Source of the DNA: a virus
Lineage: Duplodnaviria; Caudoviricetes
Virus record (IMG/VR): IMGVR_UViG_3300016476_001554
Coordinates: 7,123-71,122 of that record
Direction: 5' to 3' (one strand)
DNA length: 64,000 nt
Position numbers and translations under genes: made by a program. Every line of letters begins with the position of its first letter. Within the stretch, counting starts at the first letter, position 1. The notes below the pieces were generated by a model that saw only the letters and a program-made list of their open reading frames with translations, made no database searches and was not told where the DNA came from. Of this stretch, positions 58,621 through 64,000 are shown in pieces.

Positions 58621-59565
58621 TTACCAACAACTAATAAGCACTAAACCATCTCCTCCACGTCCTCCTGAACCTCCAGTAGATGAATAAGAAGCACCTCCGC
58701 CTCCACCTCCTGAGCCATAAGAACCATTACCTCCAGTACCGCCACTATAACCAGTATTTCCACCAGCACCTCCACCAGATCCACCTGTAAATACCATAGG
58801 TAAATTCATATAAGATTCTGTACCTGGTTTTATTCCCATAAAACCAAATTTTCCAGCTCTAGCAACATTATCAGCAACATTAGAAGTTCCTCCAGATATA
58901 GTCGGTAAAAAACCGCTACCTGTTATATTACCTGGTAAACCCTGTGTAGTACCACCCGCATTATTGCTTCCACCTCCAGTGCCAGCGGTAACACCTAATA
59001 TTGGCGTAATATTAGGAGCATCAGCAGGAACGTTTGAACCTCCAGCTCCACCAGTTTGACCTGCAACAGAAGTAATCATACCAACTTTACCATAAGGAAA
59101 ATTGGTATATGTCCAAGCAGCACCAGCAGTTCCTCCTACACCAGCACCAGTACCTGTGTTAGTTCCTCCACCACCACCTCCAGCGGGAGAATCTCCAGAT
59201 TTCATAACAACATGAAGAGCGTTAGTGTTTGGTTGTACAGATACATAAGATAAATCTCCAGAAGCAGCTCCAGCTCCAGCTGTTGCACCAGAAACACCTA
59301 AACCAACTTGCACATATAAAATATCTGGCAACATAAAAGCTGGAAATAATCCAACACTTACAGAAGAAGAGCCTCCTCCGCCTCCGCCTCCACCTGAGTT
59401 TACTGCGCCAGTTCTACCTCCTCCGCCAGCTCCTCCAGCGCCTATAACGTAAAAATAAATAAAATTTACATTATTTGGTTTTTGCCAAACTTGCCAAATA
59501 TCTCCAGAAGCATAAAACACTTTATGATATTGAGGTTGGTTTGGTATGTGAGAAAATTCAATCAT
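58621..59565 (-). CDS. Glycine-rich tail-fibre-associated protein, paralog A
   Basis: WQVWQKPN...IGAGGAGGGG start; GGRGGDGLVLISCW end. Confidence 0.75.
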   Translation of the reverse strand: MIEFSHIPNQPQYHKVFYASGDIWQVWQKPNNVNFIYFYVIGAGGAGGGGRTGAVNSGGGGGGGGSSSVSVGLFPAFMLPDILYVQVGLGVSGATAGAGAASGDLSYVSVQPNTNALHVVMKSGDSPAGGGGGGTNTGTGAGVGGTAGAAWTYTNFPYGKVGMITSVAGQTGGAGGSNVPADAPNITPILGVTAGTGGGSNNAGGTTQGLPGNITGSGFLPTISGGTSNVADNVARAGKFGFMGIKPGTESYMNLPMVFTGGSGGGAGGNTGYSGGTGGNGSYGSGGGGGGASYSSTGGSGGRGGDGLVLISCW

Positions 59566-59566
59566 A

Positions 59567-60490
59567 TTAATAACAAGTTATAATAACAATACCATCTCCG
59601 CCTCGACCACCAGGTCCAGCACTATTGGTGACACCAACTCCGCCGCCGCCTCCACCAGAACCATAACCTCCAGCTCCGCCAGTACCACCTACAAAGTTGT
59701 TTGAAGCGCCTCCACCAGCACCACCTGTAAAAAACATTGGCAAATAAGTAGAACCATTTATAGATGGATTTAAAGACACAAAACCACCAGTACCATCAAC
59801 GCCATTTGCATTGACATTTCCTGTCCCTCCTGATATTGTAGCACAGAAACCTGTCCCAATAATAGAAGCTCCAGAAAACACAGTACCTAAGTTTGTACCA
59901 CCTCCAGAACCACCGCCTGTTGTAATTCCAGCAATTGTTATACTAGTAGAAACACCAGCTGAAACACCAGCACTACCAGCTTGACCAGCTATTGAAGTAA
60001 CTAAACCTAAATCATTTAAAATATTACCAGTTCCAGCCCAAGCTGTACCAGCAATACCTGCCGTACCTGAGTTTGTACCTGAGTTACCTCCACCAGCAGC
60101 AACAGCACCACTTTGAACTACTATATTAATCGCTGTAGTATTTGGCTGTACAGATACATAAGATAATGCGCCAGAACTTCCGTTTGAACCTGTAGTACCA
60201 GAACCTCCAATTCCGCCTGAGCCAACTTGAACGAACAGAGTATCTGGAAGCATAGTAGCAGAAAAAACACCTAATGATACAGATGAAGATCCGCCACCAG
60301 CACCACCCCTTCTACTTGTAGAGCCTGTACCTGGTTGACCTGAACCTCCACCGCCTCCGCCACCTATAGCCATAATACTAATAACCTTAGCGCTATTTGG
60401 CTTTTGCCAAACTTGCCAGTTATTAGCACCTTGAGTATAGAAAGCTTGATTGCTTAATTCTCTATTTGCAAAATGAAAAGTATCTATCAT
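59567..60490 (-). CDS. Glycine-rich tail-fibre-associated protein, paralog B
   Basis: Start moved to MIDTFH (60490); same N- and C-terminal motifs as paralog A. Confidence 0.75.
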   Translation of the reverse strand: MIDTFHFANRELSNQAFYTQGANNWQVWQKPNSAKVISIMAIGGGGGGGSGQPGTGSTSRRGGAGGGSSSVSLGVFSATMLPDTLFVQVGSGGIGGSGTTGSNGSSGALSYVSVQPNTTAINIVVQSGAVAAGGGNSGTNSGTAGIAGTAWAGTGNILNDLGLVTSIAGQAGSAGVSAGVSTSITIAGITTGGGSGGGTNLGTVFSGASIIGTGFCATISGGTGNVNANGVDGTGGFVSLNPSINGSTYLPMFFTGGAGGGASNNFVGGTGGAGGYGSGGGGGGVGVTNSAGPGGRGGDGIVIITCY

Positions 60491-60501
60491 AATTTTTATT
60501 T

Positions 60502-60675
60502 TTATACCCAATAAGGTATGATAGGTTCAACATTAACTATTCTGTATCCATAACTACCTTCAAGAGTTAATTGATTATTATCCAAATCAACATAGCCTAT
60601 TACATTTCCATCAACAACAACTTGATAGAATTGACCAACATAGCCATACTCGAACTCACATAAATAATGTTCCAT
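60502..60675 (-). CDS. Small hypothetical protein, not in ORF track
   Basis: MEHYLCEFEYGYVGQFYQVVVDGNVIGYVDLDNNQLTLEGSYGYRIVNVEPIIPYWV (57 aa) fills the gap exactly. Confidence 0.7.
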   Translation of the reverse strand: MEHYLCEFEYGYVGQFYQVVVDGNVIGYVDLDNNQLTLEGSYGYRIVNVEPIIPYWV

Positions 60676-60677
60676 AA

Positions 60678-61100
60678 TTAATATTTACCGCCTACACAAG
60701 TTATAGTATATCCCGCAGCTACAGCTGTACCAAGTGTTGCATACAATCTATAACCCGCAGGCAAAGCAAAGTTTAAAGGAATTTCATACGTTGATAATGC
60801 TGAAGTTTCAGATAATGTTGTTGCAGCTAAAGAAATTTCATCCCAAAGAGCATTATTTGTAGCTCCTGATGTTGCACTACCATTATTAATAAATATTCTC
60901 GCAACAGTTGCTACATTAGTACCTAAAGGTCTAAATCTCATTCTTTGTACATATCCACCATTTGGACCTGCAGTAAAAACTAAATGACTAGTACCAGATG
61001 TTAAATCTTTTGTTGTATTTGCCGTTACGGCTGATACAGACCACTGAGTATCAGCAGATGCTGTATAAATAGGGAACGTATTTAATGATGTATTTGCCAT
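60678..61100 (-). CDS. Putative tail fibre-associated beta-sandwich protein
   Basis: 140 aa Thr/Ala/Gly-rich, inside fibre cluster. Confidence 0.55.
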   Translation of the reverse strand: MANTSLNTFPIYTASADTQWSVSAVTANTTKDLTSGTSHLVFTAGPNGGYVQRMRFRPLGTNVATVARIFINNGSATSGATNNALWDEISLAATTLSETSALSTYEIPLNFALPAGYRLYATLGTAVAAGYTITCVGGKY

Positions 61101-61135
61101 ATTTTATTTATTTTATTATTATTACTATTATTATA

Positions 61136-61978
61136 TTAAGCTAAAAAATTTCCGCTAGAAATTGCATATACTAACCCATAAGGTAAATTTGCTGTAACAT
61201 TAGTTAAACCAGATCCATCTCCACTATATGTTGATGCGCTTATAGAATTAGTTGTTAATCCATTTGTAAAAGTAGTAGCACCAGTTACAGTACCTCCTGT
61301 AAAATAAGATTCTAAATTAAGAGTTGTAGAACCTGTTATAAACCTAACAGTTCCGCCAGTTGAAGTTAATGACTTAAATTGTAAATCGACGCCGCTTTTT
61401 TGAGCAAACAACCCATTTCCTATACCTAAATTTGAGGCTGTATTAGCTTCACCTCCTCCACCAGTCAATAAATTAGATGCTACTCCAGACCCAGCAGATG
61501 TTAAATCAATATAAGCACCTCTATTAACTCCTCCTGTTTCAAAAAACCTAAGTTTATTTTGGTATATATCAATAGTAACAGAATTTCCACTCAAAGAACT
61601 ATTAGTTTGAGCAACAGATAATACAATTTCACCACCTTCATCACCACTTGATTGAGTTGAATAAAAAGTAGAAGCGCTTAGTGTATTTTGAGAAATAATT
61701 GTTGATGCACTAAAAGTGTTAGCCGTTAATCCTCCAGTAAAATTAGTTGAACCGTCGACTGTACCTCCAGTAAAAGTTGAAGAAGTTGAACCGCTACTAG
61801 AAAAAATATCCATAATTTCTCCAGTAGAAGATTTATACCTAATTAAACCATCAACGCCAAGACTTAAGTCTTTAAAATAAATATTACTTGTTAACCCAGA
61901 ATAATCACTACTTGAATCTACTTCATAAGTATATCCAATACCATTGCCTCCAGCTACTCTAACATTTCTTATTGCCAT
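61136..61978 (-). CDS. Tail fibre-like protein
   Basis: Repeated FTGGTVxGxTxFTxGLT module, ASNLGIGNGLFAQKSGVDLQFKSL, STYSGDGSGLT. Confidence 0.6.
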   Translation of the reverse strand: MAIRNVRVAGGNGIGYTYEVDSSSDYSGLTSNIYFKDLSLGVDGLIRYKSSTGEIMDIFSSSGSTSSTFTGGTVDGSTNFTGGLTANTFSASTIISQNTLSASTFYSTQSSGDEGGEIVLSVAQTNSSLSGNSVTIDIYQNKLRFFETGGVNRGAYIDLTSAGSGVASNLLTGGGGEANTASNLGIGNGLFAQKSGVDLQFKSLTSTGGTVRFITGSTTLNLESYFTGGTVTGATTFTNGLTTNSISASTYSGDGSGLTNVTANLPYGLVYAISSGNFLA

Positions 61979-62163
61979 TATATTTTACTATTAGCTAAGT
62001 TTATAAAAGCATTATAAATATCTAATTCACTTTCAGTTAAACTAGATTTATTTACTATTTTGTACTCTTGTTCGTTATTTTCAATATAGTTCACAATAAA
62101 TCTTTCTTCTGAAAGATGTTGCTCTTCAGATATTTGAACTACGATATTATTAATTTCTTTCAT
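61978..62163 (-). CDS. Small hypothetical protein (possible fibre chaperone)
   Basis: 61 aa; TATTTATA at 62168-62175. Confidence 0.6.
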   Translation of the reverse strand: MKEINNIVVQISEEQHLSEERFIVNYIENNEQEYKIVNKSSLTESELDIYNAFINLANSKI

Positions 62164-62182
62164 TTTTTATAAATATTTAAAA

Positions 62183-64000
62183 TTATTCTACATCAGCATC
62201 TTCTATAATCATACCTCCAGTGCTATTTGTCATACTATAACTATTTACTCTGATGATAACAGCTGTTAGGTTTGTATATGTTGACATTGTAAATGGCACC
62301 CCTGCTGTATCAGCTTCGATATAAAAATATGTATCTGTACCTGGATTGTCTTGACTTGCAGTGATATCTAACGTGCCAGAAGCATTGATAAGTGCAGCTA
62401 TTCTTTGAGCTAACAAAGCAGTAGTGTTATAAACAGCAGTATTTGTTTCTGTAAAAGTCTCATTTCCTCCACTACCATCATTAAGAACAATAGTTGTTGT
62501 TGCTACCGAGTTAATTGTTAGTTTATATTTTTGTTTTTTTGCACTTAAAACGCCAATAGTTGAATTTGTATTAAAACCTCCAGATAATACTTTAAATTTT
62601 AAATTTGGCGAATAAACTTCTATTGGCAAACAATCGTCATTTAATGTTACTATTCTAGCGCCATTTGAAATTAATGTACCTCCAGAATATTTAATACCAG
62701 TATTTCTACTTGCAGTACTACTATAAGTTGTTGTTGCACTAGAGTTTAATTTAATGGTTGACTGGCCCAGATCTAATATCCCGCTGCTAATTCTAATAAA
62801 TTCCCATCTATCCACTAATTGCGCATTTAAAGAATTTAAATTTACCCTACCACCGCTAATCAAAAATTGATATCCTGTTCCGTAAAAATAACCATCTGTT
62901 AAATGAGCTGTATCAAAATTCATAACTCCTCCAGTGGAACTTACTGTTAAGTAAGTACAAGATCTAGGTAGTTTTATATTCGAAACACCTGCTGATTGTG
63001 TGATGCTCAAACTAGTTCCAAGCATTTGAACATCAGCCCTAGCGTTATTTCCGTAATCATCATTAACTATTAAAGTTTGACACATAGCTCCTCCAACAAC
63101 AACACCTGATGTTTTTAAGGTAGTTGCATACCCATTAAATGTAACACTACAAGAAAATGGATAAAAATAATTTGTATTACCATTGAATATATACCTTGCT
63201 GCATAAGAAGAAAATCCCGTAGAAGCATTTCCTAATACGTTGGAAATATTAAAAATTGAATTATTTGAACCATTAACATAAATCGCTTGAGTAGCTGTAC
63301 TTTCACATAACTCGCCATTAGCTTGTAAATAACTTGAAGATGATTGGCAAAACATTGCTTCAGACGATGTGCTTCTTAAATACTTAAATTTTATATCACA
63401 ATATGTAGAGTCTACAAAAATTACCCTTCCTGCTGTAGTTACACCATATCTAAGGTTGACTTTTGAATACGTACCGCCTAAATAAATACAATTTGATACT
63501 GTACTACTTATGTCTAATGCATTAAATTCTGAGTAATTTATAGATGAGTTGTAAATAAGGCCAGTGCTAGTTGTTTTATTAAAAGAGCCTTGCCCATACA
63601 CATTTGTTGGCAAAGAAAACCCTGTATTGTTAAAAATATCACCAGAAGATGTTTTTAAAACAGTAGCACCTGGATGGAAGTAATAATTAACACCATTTTT
63701 AGCAATACCATTTGTTGAAGTTGTCGTCGCAGTATAGGCGCCTGGAAAAACAACAATTGTGTCCCCTGAAGTGGACGCTGTCACTGCAGCGTCTAGAGTT
63801 AAAAAAGGTTTAGTCAATAAATTTCTAGCCCCTGTAGAGTCATTTCCATTTTTAGAAACATAAACAACATTATCTGTTTGGACTATAGTGCTTATTCCAG
63901 TTAAGTTAGAACCATTACCATAATAAGTTGTTGCCGATATAGATGTTGCTGATAATACTGAAGTATTTATTGTTCCTATGGATGTTAAACCAGAAACTGA
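62183..64000 (-). CDS. Tailspike/fibre with probable right-handed beta-helix, truncated at right window edge
   Basis: Frame stays open beyond the tracked TTG at 63817 to 64000 (...TTYYGNGSNLTG...VVYVSKNGNDSTG..LTKPFLTLDAAV...GDTIVVFPGAY), a DUF1565/pectate-lyase-like entry motif. Confidence 0.7.
   Translation of the reverse strand, partial: SVSGLTSIGTINTSVLSATSISATTYYGNGSNLTGISTIVQTDNVVYVSKNGNDSTGARNLLTKPFLTLDAAVTASTSGDTIVVFPGAYTATTTSTNGIAKNGVNYYFHPGATVLKTSSGDIFNNTGFSLPTNVYGQGSFNKTTSTGLIYNSSINYSEFNALDISSTVSNCIYLGGTYSKVNLRYGVTTAGRVIFVDSTYCDIKFKYLRSTSSEAMFCQSSSSYLQANGELCESTATQAIYVNGSNNSIFNISNVLGNASTGFSSYAARYIFNGNTNYFYPFSCSVTFNGYATTLKTSGVVVGGAMCQTLIVNDDYGNNARADVQMLGTSLSITQSAGVSNIKLPRSCTYLTVSSTGGVMNFDTAHLTDGYFYGTGYQFLISGGRVNLNSLNAQLVDRWEFIRISSGILDLGQSTIKLNSSATTTYSSTASRNTGIKYSGGTLISNGARIVTLNDDCLPIEVYSPNLKFKVLSGGFNTNSTIGVLSAKKQKYKLTINSVATTTIVLNDGSGGNETFTETNTAVYNTTALLAQRIAALINASGTLDITASQDNPGTDTYFYIEADTAGVPFTMSTYTNLTAVIIRVNSYSMTNSTGGMIIEDADVE

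Noticed and set aside
42282-59253. Other nested short ORFs (43066, 43579, 44792, 45814, 48543, 50028, 52048, 52372, 54154, 55799, 56538, 59056)
   Set aside because: Antisense shadows of supported genes
1-64000. Stop-codon recoding as in Lak or some crAss-like phages
   Set aside because: Genes are full length in code 11 and end in TAA, TAG (e.g. 31878, 44488, 53517) and TGA (e.g. 6932, 56008)
1-64000. CRISPR array, tRNA or rRNA genes
   Set aside because: No repeat-spacer pattern or cloverleaf seen by eye; intergenic gaps are short and AT-rich. tRNAscan/Infernal were not run
58621-64000. Higher GC as evidence of horizontal transfer
   Set aside because: Explained by Gly/Ala/Thr-rich proteins; third codon positions remain A/T-rich

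Overview
AT-rich, densely coding fragment of a large tailed dsDNA phage (T4-like portal and terminase, contractile-type baseplate genes, tape measure, own replisome), almost all on the minus strand. All three stop codons are used, so the genetic code looks standard. A Bacteroidota host is inferred from a Bacteroidota-type primary sigma factor, TTTG-N19/20-TAnnTTTG promoters and absence of Shine-Dalgarno motifs. Layout: regulatory and replication block (ssb, Nudix, UvrD, sigma, nrdAB, DnaB-like helicase, 5' exonuclease, RecA-like, PolA-like; about 1-18.7 kb), tail/baseplate block (three giant hub paralogs, LysM wedge protein, repeat-rich tube-initiator-like protein, tape measure, two chaperones; about 18.7-46.4 kb), rnhA-dnaE, two antisense free-standing endonuclease genes each next to an unannotated ribbon-helix-helix gene, terminase-portal, and tail fibre/Gly-rich genes running off the right edge. 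Best leads: (1) three tandem hub paralogs with a common body but three different C-terminal peptidoglycan hydrolases; (2) a divergent sigma-like protein carrying the short motif found on candidate virion proteins; (3) two promoter classes plus a shared operator at ssb and recA. All family assignments come from motif recognition by eye; no searches were run. No tRNA, rRNA or CRISPR array was seen.
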